NCBI GenBank assembly: GCA_913041945.1
Contig: CAJWIT010000002.1
Span: forward strand, 17,716 to 81,715
Reading direction: 5' to 3'
DNA length: 64,000 nt
Origin: an uncultured Fidelibacterota bacterium
GTDB lineage: Bacteria; Fidelibacterota; Marinisomatia; Marinisomatales; UBA8229
Shown here: positions 30,861 to 39,388 of the stretch, piece after piece
Position numbering within the stretch: the stretch's first letter is position 1
Layout: each line of letters opens with the position of its first letter
Position numbers and translations under genes: made by a program
Notes under the pieces: generated by a model
Databases searched by the model: none
Told to the model about the DNA's origin: nothing
The model's input: only the letters and a program-made list of their open reading frames with translations

Positions 30861-31793
30861 TCAATTTTCTTCTGTTTTCCCGCCTAGCAATAAATACAGG
30901 ATTGCCATCCGGGAAGCAACACCGTTTAAAACCTGATCAAGAATAATTGCTCTGTCACTATCCGCCACCGCACTGTCAATTTCCGTTCCCCTATTCATGG
31001 GTCCCGGGTGCATTACTACAAGATCCTTACTGTGTCTTTTTATTCGTTCTACGGAAAGGCCGAATAATTCTCTATACTCCCGTATAGAAGGGTATAAGCC
31101 GGTACCCATTCGTTCCAATTGAATTCGGAGTATATTAACAGCATCGGCCCAATCAATTACTTCATCCATATCATAACTGACCTTTACACCAAGTTTTTCG
31201 ATATGGGGTGGTATGAGTGTTGAAGGGCCACAGATCATCACATCTGCACCCATGGTAGTCAATCCAAAAATATTACTTAACGCAACCCTGCTATGGGAAA
31301 TATCACCAATTATTCCCACTTTCAGTCCCTCTAAGTTATTAAACTGTTCCTGAAGGCTCATCATATCCAAAATAGCCTGGGTAGGGTGTTCGTGCGTCCC
31401 ATCTCCTGCATTGATCACTACTGCATCCACAAATTTGGTTAAATGCCGGGGTGCACCTGATGCAGGGTGTCTCAAAATAACAGCATCGATCTTCATGGCC
31501 TCGATATTTTGAACGGTATCTTTGAAACTCTCACCTTTGTTCAAGCTGCTTGAAGTAGCCGAAAAAGCAACTGTATCAGCGCTCATGCGTTTTTGCGCTA
31601 ATTCAAAACTGATTCTGGTACGTGTAGACATTTCAAAAAAAAGATTTACTACTGTTTTCCCTTGCAAAGATGGTACTTTTTTAATTGGACGTTCCAGCAC
31701 TTTCCGAAATCCAAAAGCTGTATCAATAATAGTCTGAATATCCTCGGAAGGATATCCTTCCAGACCTAAAAGGTGTTTATGCTGGAGCATCAA
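30861..31793 (-). CDS. pyrB: Aspartate carbamoyltransferase catalytic subunit
   Basis: 310 aa. FE.STRTR.SFE.A..R....V, HP.Q..LD, GD..HSRVA.S, HPGP.NRG.EI. The listed start is TTG 31793; the adjacent ATG at 31790 (TGATG overlap with the pyrR stop) is equally possible. Confidence 0.93.
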   Translation of the reverse strand: MMLQHKHLLGLEGYPSEDIQTIIDTAFGFRKVLERPIKKVPSLQGKTVVNLFFEMSTRTRISFELAQKRMSADTVAFSATSSSLNKGESFKDTVQNIEAMKIDAVILRHPASGAPRHLTKFVDAVVINAGDGTHEHPTQAILDMMSLQEQFNNLEGLKVGIIGDISHSRVALSNIFGLTTMGADVMICGPSTLIPPHIEKLGVKVSYDMDEVIDWADAVNILRIQLERMGTGLYPSIREYRELFGLSVERIKRHSKDLVVMHPGPMNRGTEIDSAVADSDRAIILDQVLNGVASRMAILYLLLGGKTEEN

Positions 31794-32338
31794 GAATCCC
31801 TTTCATAAGACCTCAATTCTGCAGAATCTTTTCCATCCACTTCCTTTAAAAGAACTTCCACATGTTCACCGTCTTGAGTGGGAATATTCTTTCCAACAAA
31901 ATCTGCCTTAATGGGCATCTCCCGATGTCCTCTATCAACCAATACCCCCAACTGTATTTCCCCAGGTCTTCCATAAGAAAGCAAAACTTCGATTGCTGCA
32001 CGAACCGTTCTTCCTGTATAAAGCACATCATCCACCAAAATGACAATTCTATCATCAATGGAATCAGGTAAATCAGTCCCTTTCACCTGTGGAACCACCA
32101 ATCGGTCCCTAAAGTCATCCCGATGAAAGGTTATGTCTACCAATCCCAAGGAAACTTCCACACCTGAGTGTTTATGAATTAAGGCCTGAATCCTCTTTGC
32201 CAAAGGTCCTCCACGGGTTTGGATCCCTATTAGAGTAAGTTCGGTAGAATTATGATTCTTTTCAACAATTTCATGAGACAAACGTGTTACAATACTTTGT
32301 ATTGATTTGGCGTCTAAAACCTGTTTTGCTTTCACCAT
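31790..32338 (-). CDS. pyrR: Bifunctional pyrimidine operon regulator / uracil phosphoribosyltransferase PyrR
   Basis: Start moved to ATG 32338 (MVKAKQVLDAKSIQ..). The 26 upstream codons of the listed ORF run through the leader terminator. Blocks: L.GI.TRG..LA.R, ITFHRDD, VILVDDVLYTGRT.RAA.E.L...GRP..IQL.VLVDRGHRE.PI.AD.VGKN.PT. Confidence 0.9.
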   Translation of the reverse strand: MVKAKQVLDAKSIQSIVTRLSHEIVEKNHNSTELTLIGIQTRGGPLAKRIQALIHKHSGVEVSLGLVDITFHRDDFRDRLVVPQVKGTDLPDSIDDRIVILVDDVLYTGRTVRAAIEVLLSYGRPGEIQLGVLVDRGHREMPIKADFVGKNIPTQDGEHVEVLLKEVDGKDSAELRSYERDS

Positions 32339-32393
32339 AATTAACTTACCATGATCAATTGTGTATTTTCTTCCCTTTCCAGCTGGAGGCAAT

Positions 32394-32446
32394 AAAAAAA
32401 CCTCCGCATGAATCATTCCAGTTTTCTGGAACCGTATGAACGGAGG
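32394..32446 (-). terminator. Intrinsic terminator of the pyr leader (attenuator)
   Basis: Minus-strand RNA CCUCCG-UUCAUACGG-UUCCAG-AAAA-CUGGAA-UGAUUCAUG-CGGAGG followed directly by UUUUUUU. It lies about 55 nt upstream of the pyrR start. Confidence 0.65.
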
Positions 32447-32458
32447 TTCTCAATTGCT

Positions 32459-32490
32459 CCCTTTCCTTCTCACTGGAATGGATTAAAGGG
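32459..32490 (-). promoter_or_regulatory. Candidate PyrR-binding (anti-antiterminator) hairpin in pyr leader RNA
   Basis: Minus-strand RNA CCCUUUAAUCCAUUCCAGUGAGAAGGAAAGGG. CCCUUU/AAAGGG stem encloses UCCAG-UGAGAAGG, which resembles the conserved PyrR box (A-R-UCCAGAGAGG-Y-U). It lies just 5' of the terminator, in front of pyrR-pyrB-pyrC. Confidence 0.55.
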
Positions 32491-32575
32491 CTAATTCGAT
32501 CCGGAACATACAATAAATAGGGAAAATAGTTAAAAAGAAAAATAAAAACGTTGTATAATAAAAATGGCTGGGGGT

Positions 32576-33520
32576 CTAACCTTGCCAACTGCGAATAACT
32601 CGAGCTGCGATATCAGATTTTTTAAAATCTCCCGACAATTCAATTTTCATGTCGGACGATTCCTTACTGAACCACTGTAATTGCCTTTTTGCATACTGGC
32701 GTGTACGCAGATTAATATCTTCCACCATTTTTTCATAGGATAATTTATTGTTCAAATAAGCAATTATCTGCCGGTAACCAATAGAGTCTAGTGGATGTAA
32801 CAGTTTATTTTGGAACTTCAGTTGAAGGTTCTGTACTTCCTCTATCCATCCATTACTTAACATTATTTTTGTTCGCTGTCGAATTCGTTTTTCCAATTCA
32901 TCAATAAAACAGGTTAGAAAAACTGTAAATTTGTCCAGGCCTTTTTCTCCAGATCTTTTCTGCTTCTTAAAGTGGATAGAGGGTGGTTTCCCCGTGGCTT
33001 TGTAGATTTCAAGCGCCCGCACCAGTCTCCTGCGATTGTTTGGATGAACAATTTTCGCATAATCAGGATCCACGCTCTGTAGCTTTCCTAATAGAACGCT
33101 TCCTCCTTCTTCATCATACTCTTTTTCGAGTTGTTCACGTACTTTAAGGTTACTAACACTGCCTTTAAAAATTCCCTTAGTGATTGCTCTATAATATAAA
33201 CCTGATCCCCCGCAGATTATTGGCTCTTTCCCACGTTTCCGAACATCCCTCACTGTAGCTGTAATCAGTTTCGCATATTCACCTGAGGTTATCGGTTCTT
33301 CAGGAGAACGAACACCAATAAGATGATGGGGAATTGCATCCTGTTCCTTTTTTGTGGGTTGGGCAGTACCAATTTCCATTCCACTATATATCTGGCGCGA
33401 GTCCAGACCAATCACTTCTCCGTCTACTCTTCCGGCGATTTCAACAGCAAGGTCAGATTTCCCACAGGAAGTGGGACCAATAATAATAAGAGCAGGCGTT
33501 TGTGAATGTATATTACTGAT
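32576..33520 (-). CDS. miaA: tRNA dimethylallyltransferase MiaA (start codon uncertain, apparently non-canonical)
   Basis: The listed ORF starts at GTG 33415 (MIGLDSRQIYSGMEIGTAQP...). The same frame is open upstream to a TGA at 33533-33535 and encodes the MiaA P-loop: SNIHSQTPALIIIGPTSCGKSDLAVEIAGRVDGEV. That stretch contains no ATG/GTG/TTG. The 5' end is set provisionally at ATC 33520. Confidence 0.8.
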   Translation of the reverse strand: MSNIHSQTPALIIIGPTSCGKSDLAVEIAGRVDGEVIGLDSRQIYSGMEIGTAQPTKKEQDAIPHHLIGVRSPEEPITSGEYAKLITATVRDVRKRGKEPIICGGSGLYYRAITKGIFKGSVSNLKVREQLEKEYDEEGGSVLLGKLQSVDPDYAKIVHPNNRRRLVRALEIYKATGKPPSIHFKKQKRSGEKGLDKFTVFLTCFIDELEKRIRQRTKIMLSNGWIEEVQNLQLKFQNKLLHPLDSIGYRQIIAYLNNKLSYEKMVEDINLRTRQYAKRQLQWFSKESSDMKIELSGDFKKSDIAARVIRSWQG

Positions 33521-33552
33521 AGATGATTCAGATCAATTGAATGCAGTATTTC

Positions 33553-35310
33553 CTATTCTCTTTCAAACCGTTTATCCAATTCATCAAGTGAAAGTTGTAC
33601 GATAATCGGGCGGCCATGGGGACAATAGTAAGGATGCTTTGTCCCGAATAAACGATTCACCAATTCCTGCATCTCATCTTTTGAAAGCGTATCTCCAGCT
33701 TTAACAGCAGCATGACAGGCAAAAGATGCTGCAAGATTTTCCTGCATTGAACTATATTCCTTCTGATGGCTTAAATAATGGTCAATAATATCCTTGATCA
33801 CACGTCGTTCGTTACCCCAGCCCATTTCAGAGGGTATCGCTTCTAATTCGACTTTATATTTTTCTGTTTCCTTCATACGAAATCCAATCTTTTCAAGAAA
33901 AGGTAATACTTCCAAAAGAACAGAGTATTCATCGGGGGAGAAATCCAGACTTTCAGGAAAAAGAAGTGCCTGTGAAGCCATGGCTCCTGTATTAAAAGTA
34001 TTCATTGCTTCTTCAAAAAGGATTCGTTCATGGGCAACATGTTGATCAATAATCACAAGGCCGCTGCTAATCTCAGACACAACATATTTCTTGTGTACCT
34101 GCCAAATATTTTCCACATCAATTCGGCTGGAAGATTCCTGCCGTGTCGCAAGTTCGGAAGCATAACTCTTTGCTCGTTCAAGTTGGGCAGAGGATTGTAC
34201 CGGTCCAGGAATACGACGATTAAATGGAAATATTTCCTGCTTGACACTACCAACTCTGGATGTTGAAATGCTGGATTCCTTTACATTGGAGTCTCCAGTC
34301 ATTTTCTCAAAATACGGAATAGTCTCCAGCACATCCGATAGAGAATCGGTTATACCAGATTTCAATACATGGTAAACCCTCCATTCATCCTTAAATCGGA
34401 CTTCAATTTTCATGGGGTGAACGTTTACATCTATTTGATCAGGGGGGATAACCAAATTCAGTGCAAAGAATGGAAACTCTCCACGTTTTGTTAAGGATTG
34501 ATATCCAGAGTATACCGCAGAATTCAAAAGTCTATTCTTAATGTACCGTCTATTCAAAAAAATATATTGGTCTCCTGGGCGTGACCGGACAAGATTCAGA
34601 TTCCCTATAAAACCTGAAAATGAATAATCCCCTTTTTGTAATTGAACAGATAAAAGATTCTCTTGATAGGTAGGATCAAATAATGATGCGATCCGTTCTT
34701 CAAGAGACTCGGGCTGTACATTCACCACTTCTTTTTCATCAGCAGATAAAATAATATTCACTTCCGGGTGTGACAAAGCCATCCGCTTAATCGTCTGGAT
34801 AATTTTCCGAAGTTCTGTACGAGGTGACTTCATAAACTTTCTCCGGGCAGGGGTATTATAGAATAAGTTATGTACTGTGATTTGGGTACCTCTCACTCTT
34901 GGGGCAGGACGGATTTCTGAACATTCACCATTCTGGACTTTCACCTCTGCCCCCTCTTTCCCTTCTTGGCAGGAAGCAATATCCAATTCTGACACAGATG
35001 CAACACTGGCAAGTGCTTCTCCACGGAACCCAAATGTATCTATAGTGAACAAGTCATCCAATTTTTTAATTTTACTTGTGCTGTACCGCTCTATTGCCTT
35101 GGGTATATCAACCGAATTGATTCCGGCACCATTATCAGTTACCTGAATGAGTTGTTGCCCTCCCTTTTCCACCACCACGGTGATCTCTGACGCACCGGCA
35201 TCCAAGCTGTTTTCCATAAGTTCCTTTACAACCGAAGCCGGTCTTTCTACTACTTCACCAGCAGAAATTTTATTACGCAGATCTTTTGATAATGTTTGAA
35301 TTTTTGTCAA
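33553..35310 (-). CDS. mutL: DNA mismatch repair protein MutL (endonuclease-type)
   Basis: 585 aa, TTG start. IAAGEV-type N-terminus (ISAGEVVERPASVVKELMENSLDAGA), DNG.G, FGFRGEALASV. C-terminal DQHVAHERILFE and CPHGRP motifs. Confidence 0.93.
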   Translation of the reverse strand: MTKIQTLSKDLRNKISAGEVVERPASVVKELMENSLDAGASEITVVVEKGGQQLIQVTDNGAGINSVDIPKAIERYSTSKIKKLDDLFTIDTFGFRGEALASVASVSELDIASCQEGKEGAEVKVQNGECSEIRPAPRVRGTQITVHNLFYNTPARRKFMKSPRTELRKIIQTIKRMALSHPEVNIILSADEKEVVNVQPESLEERIASLFDPTYQENLLSVQLQKGDYSFSGFIGNLNLVRSRPGDQYIFLNRRYIKNRLLNSAVYSGYQSLTKRGEFPFFALNLVIPPDQIDVNVHPMKIEVRFKDEWRVYHVLKSGITDSLSDVLETIPYFEKMTGDSNVKESSISTSRVGSVKQEIFPFNRRIPGPVQSSAQLERAKSYASELATRQESSSRIDVENIWQVHKKYVVSEISSGLVIIDQHVAHERILFEEAMNTFNTGAMASQALLFPESLDFSPDEYSVLLEVLPFLEKIGFRMKETEKYKVELEAIPSEMGWGNERRVIKDIIDHYLSHQKEYSSMQENLAASFACHAAVKAGDTLSKDEMQELVNRLFGTKHPYYCPHGRPIIVQLSLDELDKRFERE

Positions 35311-35384
35311 ATTAACTTCTTTTTTTATTCCGGAAGGTACTCAATATTTGAAAAAATTAAAGAGGAATCCAAAAGTGCTTTCAT

Positions 35385-37088
35385 TTAAGAATTGATTGTA
35401 TTGATAGTTTCTTTGAGAATTTGCTTTTGGAGTTTTTCAGCTTTTGGAATAAGAGCATCCATTTTTGTATTCATATCCTTTACAAAATGATCGTCACTTT
35501 GCACCTCAGGAAGATTGATGAGGATATTCAAGCAGGCACCGCGAATTGCAGCCATCCCAACCTCTCCGGCAACACCTACATCGCTTACGGAATTTGGATT
35601 CCCTTCATTCACCAACTGTAATGCAAGTTCCATCACCCTGTAGGAAAGCTTAGCAACTTCCCAGGGAACTCTAATTGCATAAATGTTTGCTTCCCGGACA
35701 GCTTTCGTTTTTGTCGTTTTTTCTTCAGGAGATGATTGGGGAAGACGAATTGCAGCCATTACTTTATTAAAAGCATTCGTATCCTCCTCCACTAAAAACA
35801 ACAGCCTGTCTTTAATTTTTTGAGCCTCATCACCAATTTCCTCCATTAAGGGCTTCTTATCAAAAAAATCCTTTTTCTCATGAGTCAGTGCCGCCACCAT
35901 GGATGTGAGCCCTGCGCCTAGACTTCCGGCTAAAGCGGATACACTTCCTCCTCCCGGTGCGGGGCTGTTCGATCCGACCTCTTCAAGAAATTCCTCAGTG
36001 GCTACATCAATGTGTTTCTCAGTTTTATTTCGAACAGCATAGTCAATGATCTTCTCATTTGGGTTGAACGGAGCTACATCATTTAACCCAAGAGACTGGG
36101 CAGCAGTTTCCACTATCATTTTTTCAGATACACCGGTGGAACGGTTTTGTTTCTTCAAATAATGTCGTCCTGCCATTAACAATGCTTCCAGCGGGATCAA
36201 TCCCACAAGTTCACTTCCAGTTACCCGAATTCCCCTTTCCGTTGCTAATGCACATGCCTCATCAAAAACATCATGGATGGTAGAAGATTTATAATTATTG
36301 AAATTAATGCTGATCTGTGCCCGGTTATAAATATCCATGTACCAACCAATTGCTTTTACATCTTTAAATTTGCCGCTCTGTTTCATGGGGCTTCCATCTT
36401 TATTGCGGATAATTTCTCCATCAAGTAAATTTTTTGATACGGAATGTGGAATGCGTTTGGATCTCCCCTTCTCCCTGAGCTCAAAGGCAATATCCGTCGC
36501 CAGGCGTGTGTCTCTGGTGTTCAAATTGATGTTATAAGCAATTAGAAATTCTCTACATCCTATAACTGTAGCGCCAGCGCCAGCATTGAACTTAGCTGGA
36601 CCAAAATCCGGTTTCCATTCTGGTTTCTGCAGCTTTTCCGGGAAAGCTTCATATTCTCCTTCTCGAATGTTTGGTAAACTCTTTCGTTCTTTCTTTTGTG
36701 CAGAATTCTCGTAAAGATAAACAGGTATGCCCAGCTCTTCCCCCACACGATGACCAACACGCTTGGATAATTCCACACAATCTTCAATGGTCACATTACT
36801 TATAGGTACGAAGGGACATACATCTGTGGCTCCCATCCGTGGATGTGCACCCTTTTGCTGACGCATATCGATAACTTCTGCTGCTTTTTGAATTCCTCTA
36901 AATGCCGCTTCTTCTATAGCTTCAATGGGTCCAACAAAAGTCACGACTGTACGGTTTGTATCCTGACCAGGATCTACATCTAGAAGAGTAATATCCTTCA
37001 CCGCTTTGATGGCATCTGTGATCAGTGCAACCTTGCCTTGATCTCGACCTTCGCTGAAATTTGGAACACATTCAACTAAACCAGACAT
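35385..37088 (-). CDS. Bifunctional glutamate formimidoyltransferase / formiminotetrahydrofolate cyclodeaminase (FTCD-like fusion)
   Basis: 567 aa. The N-terminus LVECVPNFSEGRD... is typical of the formiminotransferase domain. The C-terminal ~200 aa carry the cyclodeaminase pattern (PAPGGGSVSALAGSLGAGLTSMVA..T, D..AF..VM.A.RLP). AGGAGG lies 11 nt upstream of the ATG. Confidence 0.85.
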   Translation of the reverse strand: MSGLVECVPNFSEGRDQGKVALITDAIKAVKDITLLDVDPGQDTNRTVVTFVGPIEAIEEAAFRGIQKAAEVIDMRQQKGAHPRMGATDVCPFVPISNVTIEDCVELSKRVGHRVGEELGIPVYLYENSAQKKERKSLPNIREGEYEAFPEKLQKPEWKPDFGPAKFNAGAGATVIGCREFLIAYNINLNTRDTRLATDIAFELREKGRSKRIPHSVSKNLLDGEIIRNKDGSPMKQSGKFKDVKAIGWYMDIYNRAQISINFNNYKSSTIHDVFDEACALATERGIRVTGSELVGLIPLEALLMAGRHYLKKQNRSTGVSEKMIVETAAQSLGLNDVAPFNPNEKIIDYAVRNKTEKHIDVATEEFLEEVGSNSPAPGGGSVSALAGSLGAGLTSMVAALTHEKKDFFDKKPLMEEIGDEAQKIKDRLLFLVEEDTNAFNKVMAAIRLPQSSPEEKTTKTKAVREANIYAIRVPWEVAKLSYRVMELALQLVNEGNPNSVSDVGVAGEVGMAAIRGACLNILINLPEVQSDDHFVKDMNTKMDALIPKAEKLQKQILKETINTINS

Positions 37089-37091
37089 TCC

Positions 37092-37235
37092 CTACATTCC
37101 TCCTGATTTTATATTTAAATAAATGATTAATCCAATGACAGCAATAAACATACTCACCGTCCATAACAAGGACCGTGGTGAACTTTTCCGCTTAATGATC
37201 CGTCTGAAGTACGATGTGTGTTCATGTTTTTTCAT
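37092..37235 (-). CDS. Small (47-aa) single-pass membrane protein, hypothetical (below the ORF-track size cut-off)
   Basis: ATG overlaps the M50 protease stop as ATGA. Translation: MKKHEHTSYFRRIIKRKSSPRSLLWTVSMFIAVIGLIIYLNIKSGGM, a basic N-terminus followed by one hydrophobic helix. It ends 3 nt before the FTCD start and fills an otherwise unexplained 143-nt gap. Confidence 0.35.
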   Translation of the reverse strand: MKKHEHTSYFRRIIKRKSSPRSLLWTVSMFIAVIGLIIYLNIKSGGM

Positions 37236-37864
37236 ATACCTGCAAACAAAAACAGGAAAAAATTAACAAAAGGACTCATAGCCCACCAAAGAGGAGAGAT
37301 CTCTGTAAGATATCCTATCAAAATCAATCCAAATAAAATTTGTGGGCCGTACATCTGGAGTTTCATAACCAGATTCGGGTTTTTTCGGACCATGAGTCCG
37401 GAAAAGATCTGTGATCCGTCCAGAGGCGGTATTGGAATCATATTAAAGACTGCCAGCGCAATATTAATCTGAGTGAAAAAAAATAGCGTCACAACAATTG
37501 CTTCATGAGATAAGGATGATCCTATTAATATGCGAAGCAGGACACCCCCGATCACGGCTAACAGCAAATTGGACGCCGGGCCCGCAAAAGCAATCTTCAT
37601 CATATCCGTCCGCGGATTGACTAAATTTCCTCCATTCACCGGTACTGGTTTTGCCCAACCAAATCCTGCAAAATACAACACAAGAGCACCCATCAGATCG
37701 AGATGAGCCAGCGGATTCAGAGTTAACCGCCCCTGATGCTTAGCAGTTGGATCTCCAAGACGATTAGCCATCCAACCGTGGGCAAACTCATGGAAACTTA
37801 AAGCAAATACCAAAACAGGAATGAGTATAGCCTGTACTGATGGATCTAAACTGTAGATTCCCAT
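37232..37864 (-). CDS. Site-2 protease family (peptidase M50) membrane metalloprotease
   Basis: 210 aa, polytopic. HEFAHGWMA (HExxH) in the first helix, followed by LGD.TA...GRLTLNPL.H.D..G and FGWAKPVPVN. Confidence 0.8.
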   Translation of the reverse strand: MGIYSLDPSVQAILIPVLVFALSFHEFAHGWMANRLGDPTAKHQGRLTLNPLAHLDLMGALVLYFAGFGWAKPVPVNGGNLVNPRTDMMKIAFAGPASNLLLAVIGGVLLRILIGSSLSHEAIVVTLFFFTQINIALAVFNMIPIPPLDGSQIFSGLMVRKNPNLVMKLQMYGPQILFGLILIGYLTEISPLWWAMSPFVNFFLFLFAGI

Positions 37865-37883
37865 TTATGAAATTCCCTTTTTA

Positions 37884-38789
37884 TTATTTTTCCTTTTTCT
37901 CAAATGGATGAAATGTTCGATGAACTTCTTTCAAGTGTTCTCTATCCAAGTGAGTATATATTTGGGTCGTAGAAATATCTACATGTCCCAGCATTTCCTG
38001 TACAACACGAAGATCGGCACCTCTTTCCAAAAGATGAGTGGCAAATGAATGTCTAAATGTATGGGGACTCACTTTTCTCTTGATTCCAGAAGCTTTAACC
38101 CATTTGTTAAAAATGATGTTCACCGCCATGCGCGTTAGTGGTCGTCCATTCCTGCTGAGGAATATTTTCCCAAGGTTCTTATCTTTTTTTGATAAGGTTG
38201 GTCTTTCATGTTTCAGGTAATTATTTATGCATTCCCGTGCCAAGGGACCTATGGGCACAAGGCGCTCTTTGTTGCCCTTGCCAGTCACTCGAATCGTTTC
38301 CGAATCCAAAAATAAATCTATCATTCTTAAATCACACAATTCACTTACTCTCACTCCAGCTGAATAAAGGACTTCCAAAATTGCCATATCTCGTCTTCCA
38401 AGGGGTTTAGCAGTATCAATAACACCAAGGATTCTATTGATTTCTTCTACTGCCAAGACTACTGGTAGCTTCCGGGATGGTTTAGGTGCATCCAGCAATT
38501 GGGAAGGATTTTGCTGTACTAAATTTTCTCCAGACAAAAATGAGTGATAAGACCTTATGGAAGAAAAAGCCCTGGTGATACTTGCTGGTGCCAAGTGAGC
38601 ATCGTTTAGAACACGAATGAACCCCCGAATATGCTTCGGGCTAATTTCCTCCAAATTGTTTATATCCTTTTCCTCTTCCAAAAAATCTATGTACCGTGTC
38701 AAGTCTCTCTTATAGGCTTCAATAGATTTTGGGGATAAATTCTTTTCAACACGGAGCATAGTGATGTAATCTTCAAGATATGTTTCCAT
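37884..38789 (-). CDS. xerD: Tyrosine site-specific recombinase XerD/XerC
   Basis: 301 aa. N-terminal SAM-like domain (L.VEKNLS..SI.AY.RDL..Y). Catalytic R..LE.LY..G.R.SE, H.FRHSFATHLLE.GADLR.VQE.LGH..ISTTQIYTH (R-H-R-Y set). Confidence 0.85.
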   Translation of the reverse strand: METYLEDYITMLRVEKNLSPKSIEAYKRDLTRYIDFLEEEKDINNLEEISPKHIRGFIRVLNDAHLAPASITRAFSSIRSYHSFLSGENLVQQNPSQLLDAPKPSRKLPVVLAVEEINRILGVIDTAKPLGRRDMAILEVLYSAGVRVSELCDLRMIDLFLDSETIRVTGKGNKERLVPIGPLARECINNYLKHERPTLSKKDKNLGKIFLSRNGRPLTRMAVNIIFNKWVKASGIKRKVSPHTFRHSFATHLLERGADLRVVQEMLGHVDISTTQIYTHLDREHLKEVHRTFHPFEKKEK

Positions 38790-38812
38790 AACAACTCAAA
38801 TCTAAATTCATC

Positions 38813-39388
38813 TCATCTGATTGAATTTTCCACCAACTCACAAAGGATATGACCTACGGTAATGTGTCCTTCCTGGATTCGTTGTGTATCATCACTTGGG
38901 ATTCGGATTGTCACTGATCCGCTGTTTTGTAATAATCCGCCGGATTTTCCCGTTAAAACAACAGTGTGAATGCCTCTAGTATCTGCACATTTGATAGCTT
39001 CTATTACATTTTTAGAATTTCCACTGGTAGAGAGAGAAACTAAAACATCCCCTGCTTCTCCCAGAGCTTCTACCTGCCGGGAAAATACCGTTTCAAAATC
39101 GGTATCATTCGTCCATGCTGTTAAAAGGGAAGAATCCGTTGTCAGAGAAACTGATGGAATTGCTTTACGGTCATGAGACCGAAGACCTCCAACCAATTCA
39201 GTTGAAAGGTGTTGGCACTGGGCAGCACTTCCTCCATTTCCACACCAGAGAATTTTCTTCTTCTTTTGTACTGCTCCAATCATTAATTCTGCTGCCTTTT
39301 CAATATCGGACAGGCATAATTCTACCATCTCCTTTTTCGTTTCAGCACTTTCAACCAATTGCCTGGCAATATTTTCTCTGATTGTCAT
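38813..39388 (-). CDS. gmhA: D-sedoheptulose-7-phosphate isomerase (SIS domain; GmhA/DiaA family)
   Basis: 191 aa. ILWCGNGGSAAQCQHLS.EL, GDVL...STSGNSKNV..A, G....VLTG..GG, Q..H....H.LCE. Confidence 0.8.
   Translation of the reverse strand: MTIRENIARQLVESAETKKEMVELCLSDIEKAAELMIGAVQKKKKILWCGNGGSAAQCQHLSTELVGGLRSHDRKAIPSVSLTTDSSLLTAWTNDTDFETVFSRQVEALGEAGDVLVSLSTSGNSKNVIEAIKCADTRGIHTVVLTGKSGGLLQNSGSVTIRIPSDDTQRIQEGHITVGHILCELVENSIR

Noticed and set aside
32355-32588. 77-aa ORF and the 26-codon extension of pyrR
   Set aside because: Both run through the leader hairpins and the U7 terminator of the PyrR attenuator. pyrR aligns from MVKAKQVL (ATG 32338).
37884-38789. Tyrosine recombinase as a marker of a mobile element
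   Set aside because: Its length, two-domain pattern and housekeeping neighbours fit chromosomal XerC/XerD. There are no flanking phage or IS genes or repeats.
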